From Arcobacteraceae bacterium (GTDB lineage: Bacteria; Campylobacterota; Campylobacteria; Campylobacterales; Arcobacteraceae): a DNA stretch of 64,000 nt. A program made the position numbers and the translations under genes. The notes under the pieces were generated by a model. That model had not been told where the DNA came from. It saw only the letters and a program-made list of their open reading frames with translations, and ran no database searches. Each line of letters begins with the position of its first letter. Within the stretch, counting starts at the first letter, position 1. This document shows, in pieces, positions 18,688 through 28,152 of this stretch. The stretch is taken from NCBI GenBank assembly GCA_965224485.1, contig CBDCZH010000010.1, positions 32,001 to 96,000 of the forward strand, given 5' to 3'.

Positions 18688-19054
18688 CAATAGTTTCCAT
18701 TATTATTTCAAATTTGTTCAAAATATTTTTATCTATTTGTTTTACATTTTTTTTGTATTTATATTCATCTAAGTCTTTTATTAAAGCCATAATTAAAGAT
18801 GTTTCTTTTTGATCTAATAGTCTTAGATATTTACTTATCTTATATGAAGCTTCTTTGGGGTTTGAAAAATCCATATTTTTTAAAATTTGATAATACTCTT
18901 TTTTGCAATTTTTCTTTTTATTGTTTATTGTTTTATATATTAAAAAAATTAAAGAAGCTACAATGCAAAGGAGTAAAAAACACAGTATGGCAAAAACATA
19001 TAACGAAAAATCAGGAATTTCTACTAAGCTTTTTATATCATGTATTTTATTCAT
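18680..19054 (-). CDS. Small membrane protein of MoxR/Bat operons (DUF4381-like)
   Basis: IHDIK..VEIPD followed by a TM; lies between DUF58 and VWA genes. Confidence 0.7.
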   Translation of the reverse strand: MNKIHDIKSLVEIPDFSLYVFAILCFLLLCIVASLIFLIYKTINNKKKNCKKEYYQILKNMDFSNPKEASYKISKYLRLLDQKETSLIMALIKDLDEYKYKKNVKQIDKNILNKFEIIMETIDV

Positions 19055-19884
19055 TTAAGTAACTTTATCATTTTTGTTATAATTTCTTCATCTGTATAAA
19101 TTTTTGTATTTTTAATAGAACATTTTTGTAAGTGGGAGAAAAGTTCATTATCGTTTTCTTTTACATATTTTACATATTTTTTTACTGTTTCATTAGATAT
19201 AATTCCATCAAAGTTTATTGAATTTGCAGGATCAATAAAGTTTACACTACCTAGACTTGAAGTGTTCTCTTCAAACTTATCTCTTATTATGATTACAATT
19301 ATTTCATGTTTTTTACTTAAAAGAGTTAAATCTAGTTTTTTAATATTAAAAAAATCTCCTATTAAAAATATGATAGATTTTTTTTTGATTTCATTATATA
19401 TCTCTTTTGTAATATTTTCATAAAACATTTCCTTACCTAACACATCATATTGTGACATCTCTTCTAACATTACATTTACTAAAAAAGTTTTCTTAGATTT
19501 TTTTGTTAGTTTTATTAGCTTTTCATTTGCAATATAAGATGAAAAAGGATCTTTTTGTTTAACACAAGAAAAAGCTAAAAGTGAAGCTATCTCGCAAATA
19601 ACATCTTTTTTAAATTTAGCTGTGCCAAAATGAGTTGAACCATCTAAGAGGGAAATAATATTTATATTTAACTCTTTTTGTGCATGAAAAACTTTTGAAT
19701 AAGGTTTTTGCATTTTTGCAGAAATTAGCCAATCTATGTTTTTTACATCATCTCCATATTCATACTCTTTTAATTCTAAAAAATCATAACCTTCACCTTT
19801 TAATAAAGAAGAGTTATCACCAAGTACTCCTGAGAATACCTGCTGTTTTGTTTTAATAAGAATTTTTTTATATTTTATATTCAT
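19051..19884 (-). CDS. DUF58 domain protein
   Basis: GEGYDFLELKEYEYGDDVKNIDW, IGDF. Confidence 0.9.
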   Translation of the reverse strand: MNIKYKKILIKTKQQVFSGVLGDNSSLLKGEGYDFLELKEYEYGDDVKNIDWLISAKMQKPYSKVFHAQKELNINIISLLDGSTHFGTAKFKKDVICEIASLLAFSCVKQKDPFSSYIANEKLIKLTKKSKKTFLVNVMLEEMSQYDVLGKEMFYENITKEIYNEIKKKSIIFLIGDFFNIKKLDLTLLSKKHEIIVIIIRDKFEENTSSLGSVNFIDPANSINFDGIISNETVKKYVKYVKENDNELFSHLQKCSIKNTKIYTDEEIITKMIKLLK

Positions 19885-19886
19885 TT

Positions 19887-20846
19887 TTATGGAATATCTA
19901 CTTTTTCAAGAATTTTATCAATAATATCATCAACTTTTATATCAAGTGCCTGTGCTTCATATGATAAAATAATCCTATGTCTTAAGATATCTTTAGCAAC
20001 AAGAGCAATATCAATAGGGCTTACATAATCATTTCCTCTTAAGTATGCTTTTGCACGAACTGCTTTAAACATATCAATACTTGCTCTTGGACTTGCTCCA
20101 AATTGTATATAATTCTCTATTTCTTCTAAACCATACTCTTTTGGATCTCTACTTGCAAATACTAGATTAATCATATACTCTTCAAGCTCTTTATCTAAGT
20201 GAACTTTTAAAACATCTTCTTTTAAAAGTATTAGTTCTTCTTTATTTAAAACTTTTGAAATTTTCTCAAAAGAATTATTTGTTACTTTAGAAGCTATTTC
20301 TCTTTCTTGCTCTTTTGTATTATAAGAGATAATGATTTTGAACATAAACCTGTCTAATTGTGCTTCTGGTAATTCATAAGCACCTTCACTTTCTATTGGG
20401 TTTTGTGTAGCTAAAACTAAAAAAGGTGCATCTAAAATGAAGGTATTTTCGGCAATCGTAACTTGCCTTTCTTGCATAACTTCAAGTAGGGCAGATTGAA
20501 CTTTTGCAGGAGCTCTATTTATTTCATCTGCTAAAAGTAGATTTGTAAAAATAGGTCCTTGTTTTATTTTAAAATTTAACTCTTTCATATCATATATTTG
20601 AGCCCCAATTATATCACTTGGTAATAAATCAGGTGTAAACTGAACTCTTTTAAAATCTAAATCTAAAACTTGAGATAAAGCTTTTACTGTTGTTGTTTTA
20701 GCAAGGCCTGGAACACCTTCTAAAAGAACATGGCCATTTGTTAATAAACCTATTAATAAAGCATCAATCATAGTTTCTTGACCTATAACTACTTTTGCTA
20801 ACTCTTTTTTTAACTTTTTTATTTTTTCAAAATGTATACTGCTCAT
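19887..20846 (-). CDS. MoxR-family AAA+ ATPase
   Basis: GVPGLAKT, RVQFTPDLLPSD, LADEINRA, ATQNPIE, EAQLDRF, GASPRA. Confidence 0.96.
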   Translation of the reverse strand: MSSIHFEKIKKLKKELAKVVIGQETMIDALLIGLLTNGHVLLEGVPGLAKTTTVKALSQVLDLDFKRVQFTPDLLPSDIIGAQIYDMKELNFKIKQGPIFTNLLLADEINRAPAKVQSALLEVMQERQVTIAENTFILDAPFLVLATQNPIESEGAYELPEAQLDRFMFKIIISYNTKEQEREIASKVTNNSFEKISKVLNKEELILLKEDVLKVHLDKELEEYMINLVFASRDPKEYGLEEIENYIQFGASPRASIDMFKAVRAKAYLRGNDYVSPIDIALVAKDILRHRIILSYEAQALDIKVDDIIDKILEKVDIP

Positions 20847-21019
20847 ACGAACCCTTAATTTAAATTATAATGATTCTATCGAATTTTGTGTAAAAGTTAT
20901 TTTAGTTAGAAAGAAAATAAGAAATTAGAAAACTTTATATAAGTTATATCTTATATAAATAATTAATTAAGTTATATTTAGTATAATTAATAATAAATTT
21001 AATTATATAAAGGAAATAT

Positions 21020-21775
21020 TTGAGAACAATATTAAAACTTATTTTACTTGTTTTTACTGTAACGATTTTTATTTCTTGTACGAGTAATTCTTTAAATAAA
21101 GAGGCAAGTGTAAAAAAAACAGAAAATAAATGCAATAAAAATTATCTTCAAAATGACTTATATCAAAAGTGTTTAGAAAATAAAGTGCAAAAAGAGATAA
21201 AAATAGAGTACTTAAGAGAACTAGCTTCTATTTATACGTTAAATAAAGAGTATTCAAAAGCAATTCTTATGTATGAGATAGCAGCTAATAAAAACTCTTT
21301 TTCATCTATGTATGATTTGGGTTTTATCTATAAAGACATCTATAAAGACAATATATTAGCCTTAAAATGGTTTGAAAAAGCAGCTTTTAACTCTTATAAA
21401 AATGCAACTTGTATAAGTGGCAAATTATATGAACAAGAAGATAAACAAAAAGAGCTTGATTATTTGAATAAAGAAGTTAAAAGAGGGAATATAAAAGCTT
21501 ATACTTGTATTGCATTAAAATTTTTAGAAGTAAATAAATATGAAGAGGCTAAAAAACGGTTTTTAAAAGCTAGTAAAAAAGGTGATTTTGAGGTAAATTA
21601 TTATCTAAGTTATATACATATTAGGTATTTAAATGATGAAATAAAAGCAAAAGAATATTATTCTAAATTAATTTTTAATAAAAAGAATATATCCATGAAG
21701 TGTTTAAATTATCAAGAAATTGTTTATTTAAAACATAAAGAACATTGTTTTGAATATTTAACAAAAAAAATATAA
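21020..21775 (+). CDS. Sel1/TPR-repeat putative lipoprotein
   Basis: TTG start after AAGGA; lipobox-like FISC; SMYDLGFIY...ALKWFEKAA repeats. Confidence 0.75.
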   Translation: MRTILKLILLVFTVTIFISCTSNSLNKEASVKKTENKCNKNYLQNDLYQKCLENKVQKEIKIEYLRELASIYTLNKEYSKAILMYEIAANKNSFSSMYDLGFIYKDIYKDNILALKWFEKAAFNSYKNATCISGKLYEQEDKQKELDYLNKEVKRGNIKAYTCIALKFLEVNKYEEAKKRFLKASKKGDFEVNYYLSYIHIRYLNDEIKAKEYYSKLIFNKKNISMKCLNYQEIVYLKHKEHCFEYLTKKI

Positions 21776-21850
21776 GATTGTGTTTATACTTAAAGTAAAT
21801 TTAATTTATATTTAGCTAGAATCACGACTCTAATTTTATATTAGAAACCT

Positions 21851-21922
21851 CACATGTGTCAATCCTGGTATGGGTTGTATTTTGTATTTTACAAAATATT
21901 AAGGGGCGCAGAGGCTAAACCC
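21851..21922 (+). promoter_or_regulatory. rpsB 5' leader, probable S2 autoregulatory RNA element
   Basis: cacatgtgtc...GGGTT...gcgcagaggctAAACCC: GC-richer than flanks, with complementary GGGTT/AACCC and GAGG near the 3' end, as in known rpsB leaders. Confidence 0.6.
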
Positions 21923-21946
21923 TAAAACAAAAACAAGGAATACAAC

Positions 21947-22780
21947 ATGGTTACAATGAAAGACTTATTAGAATGTGGAGTTCACTTCGGACACCAAACA
22001 AGAAGATGGAATCCAAAAATGAAAAAATTTATTTTTGGTGTAAGAAAGAATATTTATATTATAGATTTACAAAAAACATTAAGATACTTTAGATATACAT
22101 ATACAGTAGTAAGAGATAGAGCTGCTGAAGGTCAAACAATGATTTTCGTAGGTACTAAAAAACAAGCTAGTGAAGCTGTTAAAAGAGCTGCAGAAAATTG
22201 TGGTATGCCTTATGTTAACCATAGATGGTTAGGTGGAATGCTTACTAACTACGGAACAATTAAAAAATCAATTAGAAAATTAGAAATTATTAAAAGAATG
22301 AAAGAAGAAGGTCAATTTGATCTTTTAACTAAAAAAGAAGCATTAATGCTTTCTAGAAAAGAAATCAAGTTAGAATTATATCTTGGTGGAATCAAAGAAA
22401 TGCACAAACTTCCAGAAATGATGTTTGTTTTAGATGCAGTTAAAGAAAAAATTGCAATTTTAGAAGCAAGAAGATTAGGAATTACTGTTGTTGCTCCTTT
22501 AGATACAAATTGTGATCCAGATTTAGTAGATTTCCCAATTCCTGGTAATGATGATGCAATTAGATCAATTCAACTATTTTGTAATGAAATGGCTGCTGCG
22601 ATTAACGAAGGTAAAGCTATGTTAGCTGAAGCTAACGGAACTGATGAAGAAGAACAAGTTAGTGAAGAAGAAACTAAAGAAGTTCTAGCTGAAGCAGTTG
22701 TAGAAGCTAAAACTGAAACTGAAGTTAAAACTGAAGTTAAAACAGAAGTTAAAACAGAAGCTAAAACAGAGGAAGCATAG
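21947..22780 (+). CDS. rpsB: 30S ribosomal protein S2
   Basis: [33 protein letters not shown]. Confidence 0.99.
   Translation: MVTMKDLLECGVHFGHQTRRWNPKMKKFIFGVRKNIYIIDLQKTLRYFRYTYTVVRDRAAEGQTMIFVGTKKQASEAVKRAAENCGMPYVNHRWLGGMLTNYGTIKKSIRKLEIIKRMKEEGQFDLLTKKEALMLSRKEIKLELYLGGIKEMHKLPEMMFVLDAVKEKIAILEARRLGITVVAPLDTNCDPDLVDFPIPGNDDAIRSIQLFCNEMAAAINEGKAMLAEANGTDEEEQVSEEETKEVLAEAVVEAKTETEVKTEVKTEVKTEAKTEEA
22706..22771 (+). repeat. In-frame 12-bp repeats encoding (A/V)KTE in the S2 tail
   Basis: gctaaaactgaa actgaa gttaaaactgaa gttaaaacagaa gttaaaacagaa gctaaaacagag. Confidence 0.85.
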
Positions 22781-23827
22781 ATGGCAGGCGCTACTCCTAA
22801 ACTTATTAAAGAGTTAAGAGGAATGACAGGTGCTGGTATGCTTGATTGTAGAAATGCACTTAATGAAACTGAGGGTGATTTAGATAAAGCTGTTCAAGCA
22901 TTAAGAGAAGCTGGATTAGCAAAAGCTGCTAAAAAAGCTGGTAATGTTGCTGCTGAGGGTGTTTTATCTGTTTTAATTAATGAAAGTAATACAAGCGCAT
23001 ATATGTTAGAGCTTAATGCTCAAACTGACTTTGTTGCTAAAAATGAAAACTTTTTAAACTTAACTAAAGAGATTATCACTCATGCAGCTAACAACAAATT
23101 AGTTGATGCTGCTGAACTTGCTAGTTCAACTATTTCAGGACTTGATTTTACTGAGTTTTTAAATGGTAAAATTGCTACAATTGGTGAAAATCTAGTTGCT
23201 AGAAAATTAACTTCTGTTGCTGGTGAAGTTGTTAATGCTTATGTACATACAAATGGAAGAGTTGGAGTTTTATTAGCTGCATCTTGCGATGAAAGTGCAA
23301 AAGAAAAAACAGTTGCCCTATTAAAATCACTTGCTATGCATGCATCTGCTATGAAACCAACGGTTATTTCTTATACAGATTTAAGCGCTGATTTTGTTGA
23401 ATCAGAAAACAGAGCAATTGTTGCAGAAATTGAAGCAGATAATGATGAATTAATAAGACTTAAAAAACCTTTGAAAAATATTCCTCAGTTTGTTTCTAAA
23501 TCTCAACTTACTCCTGAAGCTCTTGAAACAGCTAAAGAAGAAATGAAAGCTGAACTTGTTGCACAAGGTAAGCCAGAGAAAATTATTGAAAACATCTTAA
23601 AAGGTAAACTTGCAAGATGGATTGAAGATAACTCTCAATTAGATGGAAGAATGGCCTTATTATCACAAGCCTATGTAATGGATGACAAAAAAACAGTTGA
23701 GCAAGCAATTGCTGATGTTGATGCTTCTATTAAAATCACTGCTTATGTTAGATATGAGCTTGGTGAAGGTATTGAGAAAAAAGAAGAAGATTTTGCTGCT
23801 GAAGTTGCAGCGCAAATGAGTAAGTAA
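22781..23827 (+). CDS. tsf: Elongation factor Ts
   Basis: IKELRGMTGAGMLDC, QTDFVAKN, IGENL, RYELGEGIEKKEEDFAAEV. Confidence 0.98.
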   Translation: MAGATPKLIKELRGMTGAGMLDCRNALNETEGDLDKAVQALREAGLAKAAKKAGNVAAEGVLSVLINESNTSAYMLELNAQTDFVAKNENFLNLTKEIITHAANNKLVDAAELASSTISGLDFTEFLNGKIATIGENLVARKLTSVAGEVVNAYVHTNGRVGVLLAASCDESAKEKTVALLKSLAMHASAMKPTVISYTDLSADFVESENRAIVAEIEADNDELIRLKKPLKNIPQFVSKSQLTPEALETAKEEMKAELVAQGKPEKIIENILKGKLARWIEDNSQLDGRMALLSQAYVMDDKKTVEQAIADVDASIKITAYVRYELGEGIEKKEEDFAAEVAAQMSK

Positions 23828-23843
23828 GAAATTATTTAAAGCA

Positions 23844-24545
23844 ATGAGTGAATTAAATTATAAAAACTCACTCCTTGCTGCTTCAAATACAAGGAGCACA
23901 AACATTTTATTAACTGCAAAAAATATTTCACATGAGTTTGATTATAAACTTTTCGAAAACATTAATTTAGAACTACATAAACAAGAAACAATTGCTATTA
24001 TTGGTATGAGCGGAAGTGGAAAATCTACCCTTCTTAACATTATATCATCCTTATTAAAACCAAATTCTGGTGAAGTGATTTATAACAAAGATGATATTTA
24101 TTCTTTAAATCAAAAAAAACTTTTAAATATTAGACGAAAAGATTTTGGTATAATATTTCAAGCACATTATCTCTTTCGAGGTTTTTTAGCACGTGAGAAT
24201 TTATATATATCTTCTTTATTATCAAATGAAGAGATTGATGAGTCTTTACTAAAAGAGTTAAATATCGATTTTGTTATGAATCAAGGTGTTGGTGAGTTAA
24301 GTGGCGGACAGCAACAACGTCTCTCACTTGCAAGAATTTTAACTAAAAAACCTAAAATTATTTTTGCAGATGAACCAACAGGAAACTTAGATAAACAAAC
24401 AGCACAAGAAGTTATGAATACCTTAAAAAAATATATCAAAGCTAATAATGCAGGTATGATCTTAGTTACTCATGAAGAAGATTTAGCAAACCAATGTGAC
24501 AAGGTATATAAACTTGTTGATTTAAGACTAGAGGAGATTAAGTGA
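23844..24545 (+). CDS. ABC transporter ATP-binding protein (LolD-like)
   Basis: GMSGSGKST, LSGGQQQR, ADEPTGNLD, VTH; start uncertain. Confidence 0.9.
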   Translation: MSELNYKNSLLAASNTRSTNILLTAKNISHEFDYKLFENINLELHKQETIAIIGMSGSGKSTLLNIISSLLKPNSGEVIYNKDDIYSLNQKKLLNIRRKDFGIIFQAHYLFRGFLARENLYISSLLSNEEIDESLLKELNIDFVMNQGVGELSGGQQQRLSLARILTKKPKIIFADEPTGNLDKQTAQEVMNTLKKYIKANNAGMILVTHEEDLANQCDKVYKLVDLRLEEIK

Positions 24546-25297
24546 AAATATTATTAGTTTCAAAAACACAAATAATTAACAAAATCTTTGCCTTGATTGC
24601 ATCTAAATTAAACTTTGATTTAAGAATTCAAGACCATTTAAAAATAGAAACTTCTTACGATTTTATTATAATTGATGAAGATTTTATTGATGATAGTTTT
24701 AACTTCTTAAAAAAACATACAAAAAAATTAGGTGCTATTGTAAGTGAAGAGTTGCCTTTTGATAAATCAAGAGATTTTATTATAGCTAGACCTTTTTTAC
24801 CAGCTGATTTAGAAGAAATTATAAAAGATGAAATTCAAGCTTTAAATATTGAGCAAAGAGAAGCTTTATATAATGTAAAGAATGATGATGAAACTGATAA
24901 AGATGTATTTGATTATGTCGAGTCCTTAGACGATGACTTAGATGATTATGAAGAGTATGATGAAAGTATTGTAACACTTGCTTCTTTAAATACAGGAGGA
25001 GTTTTAGATAACAAAGAGTTGTCAAAAATTAATATTTTACTTAAAGATAACCCTATATCTAGTAGTGAAGATTTAGATGAAGTAGATTGGAAAAATTTGT
25101 CTGAAATTATTGATGATGCTTTGAATGAAGTACAAGATTATGAATTTGATTTAGGTAATGATGATGCTGTTCATCTTATATTAAATCAATATAATATAAA
25201 TGAGTTAAAACCACTATTTAAAAAATTTAATCAAAGTATTATTGATAGGTTATCTAATGGTGAGTGTATTGACTTAAAACTATCCTTAAAGGCTTAA
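24542..25297 (+). CDS. Highly acidic protein with a degenerate receiver-like N-terminus
   Basis: MKILLV...DFIIIDE...IARPFLP then Asp/Glu-rich region. Confidence 0.7.
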   Translation: MKILLVSKTQIINKIFALIASKLNFDLRIQDHLKIETSYDFIIIDEDFIDDSFNFLKKHTKKLGAIVSEELPFDKSRDFIIARPFLPADLEEIIKDEIQALNIEQREALYNVKNDDETDKDVFDYVESLDDDLDDYEEYDESIVTLASLNTGGVLDNKELSKINILLKDNPISSSEDLDEVDWKNLSEIIDDALNEVQDYEFDLGNDDAVHLILNQYNINELKPLFKKFNQSIIDRLSNGECIDLKLSLKA

Positions 25298-25298
25298 C

Positions 25299-25919
25299 TT
25301 GATTAGTGAAACAAAAGGTGCGATTTTAATACTTTCAGGACCAAGCGGCTGTGGTAAATCGACTTTATTAAAAGAAGTGTATAAAGATATCAGTGATTAC
25401 TATTTTTCAATTTCTACAACAACTAGAGAACCTAGAATTGGAGAGAAAGAAGGAGTTGATTACTTTTTTGTTTCAAAAAAAGATTTTGAAGAAGATATTA
25501 AAAATGGTAGTTTTTTAGAATGGGCTGAAGTCCATGATAATTATTACGGAACTTCTTTAAAACCAATAAGTAAAGCTCTAAAAAAAGGGAAATTAGTTAT
25601 TTTTGATATAGATGTACAAGGTCATGAAATTGTTAGAAAAAAATTAAATAATCTTGTAACTTCTGTCTTTATAACAACTCCGAACTTACAAGAGTTACAA
25701 AATAGATTAGATAATAGAAATACTGATTCTTATGCCACAATAGTAAAAAGAGTTCAAAATGCTAAAATAGAAATAAAGTCTTTTCATAAATATGATTATT
25801 TTATAATAAATGATGATTTAGCTAAAGCTTCTAAGAGTTTAGTTTCTATCGCAAATATAGCTAGAATTAAAAGTAAAGTTTTTGAAAAAGATTTCATTAT
25901 AAAAGAGTGGATTTCTTAA
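25299..25919 (+). CDS. gmk: Guanylate kinase
   Basis: SGPSGCGKST, STTTREPR.GE.EGVDYFF, NYYGT, DIDVQG. Confidence 0.97.
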   Translation: MISETKGAILILSGPSGCGKSTLLKEVYKDISDYYFSISTTTREPRIGEKEGVDYFFVSKKDFEEDIKNGSFLEWAEVHDNYYGTSLKPISKALKKGKLVIFDIDVQGHEIVRKKLNNLVTSVFITTPNLQELQNRLDNRNTDSYATIVKRVQNAKIEIKSFHKYDYFIINDDLAKASKSLVSIANIARIKSKVFEKDFIIKEWIS

Positions 25920-25934
25920 AAGTTTATAATAAAC

Positions 25935-27554
25935 TTAAGAAATCTCATCATAAGAAATAGGTTTTCCAAAATGGTAACCTTGAGAATAATTAATTCCAAT
26001 ATTCTTGATTTTTTTATAAATAGCTTCTGAACTTACAAACTCAGCTACTGTTTTAAAACCAAATTTTTGTGAGAAATTTGCTATTGTTTCAACTATAATT
26101 TCTTGATTTTTTGATTCATCAATTTCTTTAATTAAGGAACCATCAATTTTCACAAAATCAATATCTAAATTTGTTAGCATATTGAAATTTGAATATCCAG
26201 CTCCAAAATCATCAACACCGACACTACAGCCATATTCTTTAACATCTTTTATAAAATCCCTAACTGCTGCAAAATCAGAAATTTCTTCACTTTCTAAAAT
26301 TTCAAATTCTAGTTTTTGAACATATTCTTTATTTGCTTCAAGTTTTGAAATAATATGTTCTTTTGTTGAGTTATTTGAAATATCAGCAAAAGATATATTT
26401 ACAGAAACTCTTTTGTTTTTATTTTTTATTAAAGTAATAGCTTTATCTAACATAATTTCTATTATTTTATAATATAGTTTAACTTTTTTAGATATTTCTA
26501 AAAACTTAATAGGAGATACAGGAACACCATCATCCATATATCTAACTAATGCTTCGTATTTATAGATTTCTTGTGTTTGTGTGTCTACTATTGGCTGAAA
26601 ATAAGCAGTAAAGAGATTATTTTCTATTCCATATTTCACTTTCTTAACCCATTTCATATTTTCTTGAAAATCTTTTTGAATATTTAATGACTCATCATAA
26701 ACTAATATTGGTTCAAATTTAATTCTTGCATAATTTATTACTCGTTGAGCATATTTATAAGCTGTTGTTGAATCGCCTCTTGCAATTCCGATAGTTACTC
26801 TAATATCAACTTCATTTTCATCAATTTTAACAGGAGTTTTTTCAACTTTTTCTACAAAATCTGAACACATTTTTTTAAATTCATTAATGTCAAGACTAGA
26901 ATCTTTTGCTAGAATTACAAACTTATCAGATTCTATTCTATATATTTTAAATTCACTTTTATCAAAGTCTTGTTTTATTTGCTTAGATAAAGCATATAAA
27001 ATTCTATCTCCATTATTCTCACCAAAAACATCATTTATGGTTGAGAATTTATCAATATTTACTAAAGCTAATAAATCTTCATTTGTAGATGCTAAATCTT
27101 TTTTTAATCTGTTTCTATTTGCTAGATTTGTTAATTTGTCAATATACAACTCTTTTAACTCATGGTATAACAAAGATTGACTCATAATTTGTAGTAGTTT
27201 TTTCATATCAATTGGTTTTAAAACATATTTATCAACACCTATATCAATAGCTTCAAGTAAATATTCAGTATTTGAAAACGCAGTTGCTACAATAATTGGA
27301 ATATTTGGATTAATTCTTTTAATCTCTTTAATCATCTCTAAACCATTCATCTTAGGCATATTTACATCTGTGATAATTAAATCAATTTCATCTTCATTAT
27401 CTTTAAAAAGCTGTAAACCTTCGGCTCCATCTTGGGCAACAAATTGTTTTTTAGTAAAACCTTTTAAAATATTAAGTGTAATTTCTCTTAGGCTTGCTTC
27501 ATCCTCAGCATACAAAATAGTAATGCCTTGAAGAATAGAAATATTGTTTATCAT
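25935..27554 (-). CDS. REC + degenerate GGDEF + EAL protein, probable c-di-GMP phosphodiesterase
   Basis: REC IITDVNMP/KP; GGDEF replaced by ESDKF; intact YEALVR, SVNIS, FEILE, DDFGAG, VKIDG, VAEFV, QGY; start set at ATG 27554 after GGAG. Confidence 0.9.
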   Translation of the reverse strand: MINNISILQGITILYAEDEASLREITLNILKGFTKKQFVAQDGAEGLQLFKDNEDEIDLIITDVNMPKMNGLEMIKEIKRINPNIPIIVATAFSNTEYLLEAIDIGVDKYVLKPIDMKKLLQIMSQSLLYHELKELYIDKLTNLANRNRLKKDLASTNEDLLALVNIDKFSTINDVFGENNGDRILYALSKQIKQDFDKSEFKIYRIESDKFVILAKDSSLDINEFKKMCSDFVEKVEKTPVKIDENEVDIRVTIGIARGDSTTAYKYAQRVINYARIKFEPILVYDESLNIQKDFQENMKWVKKVKYGIENNLFTAYFQPIVDTQTQEIYKYEALVRYMDDGVPVSPIKFLEISKKVKLYYKIIEIMLDKAITLIKNKNKRVSVNISFADISNNSTKEHIISKLEANKEYVQKLEFEILESEEISDFAAVRDFIKDVKEYGCSVGVDDFGAGYSNFNMLTNLDIDFVKIDGSLIKEIDESKNQEIIVETIANFSQKFGFKTVAEFVSSEAIYKKIKNIGINYSQGYHFGKPISYDEIS

Positions 27555-27660
27555 TAAAGAAAACTCCAAATGTAATACGATACAATATAACTATACTTAT
27601 TGTAAGTGTATGTAATAATTTTTATAGTGTAACATAAATACTTTTTAAAAGAGATTTGAA

Positions 27661-28152
27661 ATGAACGAAATACTAATACTTAACAGCGGTGGTACCTTCA
27701 ATAAAAAATATAATGAGTTAAATGGCAAGCTAGAAATTGAAGAAAATTGTGATTATTTAGAAGAAATAATATTAAAATGTTATAAAAATAATTTAAATTT
27801 GAAATTAGAGGGTTTGATTTATAAAGATAGCTTAGAGCTTACTTCAAAACATAGAGAAATTTTATATAAAAGGTTAGAAAAAAACTCTAAATCTATACTT
27901 ATTCATGGAACTGATACTATGGATATAAGTGCCCAGTTTTTCTCACAAAAAATAAAAAATGAAATTATTGTTATAACTGGAGCTATGATTCCTTATTCAA
28001 TTGATAAAATAGAAGCAGTTTCAAACTTATCTTTAGCTCTTAGTTTTATTCAAACATGTGAAACACCAGGCATTTATATAGCAATGCATGGTTTAGTTAA
28101 ACCTTATAAACAAATAAGTAAAAATAGAGTTTTAGGAAAATTTACTTGTTAA
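27661..28152 (+). CDS. Asparaginase N-terminal-domain protein
   Basis: NSGGTF, DSL, IHGTDTM, ITGAM. Confidence 0.85.
   Translation: MNEILILNSGGTFNKKYNELNGKLEIEENCDYLEEIILKCYKNNLNLKLEGLIYKDSLELTSKHREILYKRLEKNSKSILIHGTDTMDISAQFFSQKIKNEIIVITGAMIPYSIDKIEAVSNLSLALSFIQTCETPGIYIAMHGLVKPYKQISKNRVLGKFTC

Noticed and set aside
20944..21135. 63-aa minus-strand ORF
   Set aside because: Overlaps the Sel1 lipoprotein start on the opposite strand; low-complexity AT-rich translation
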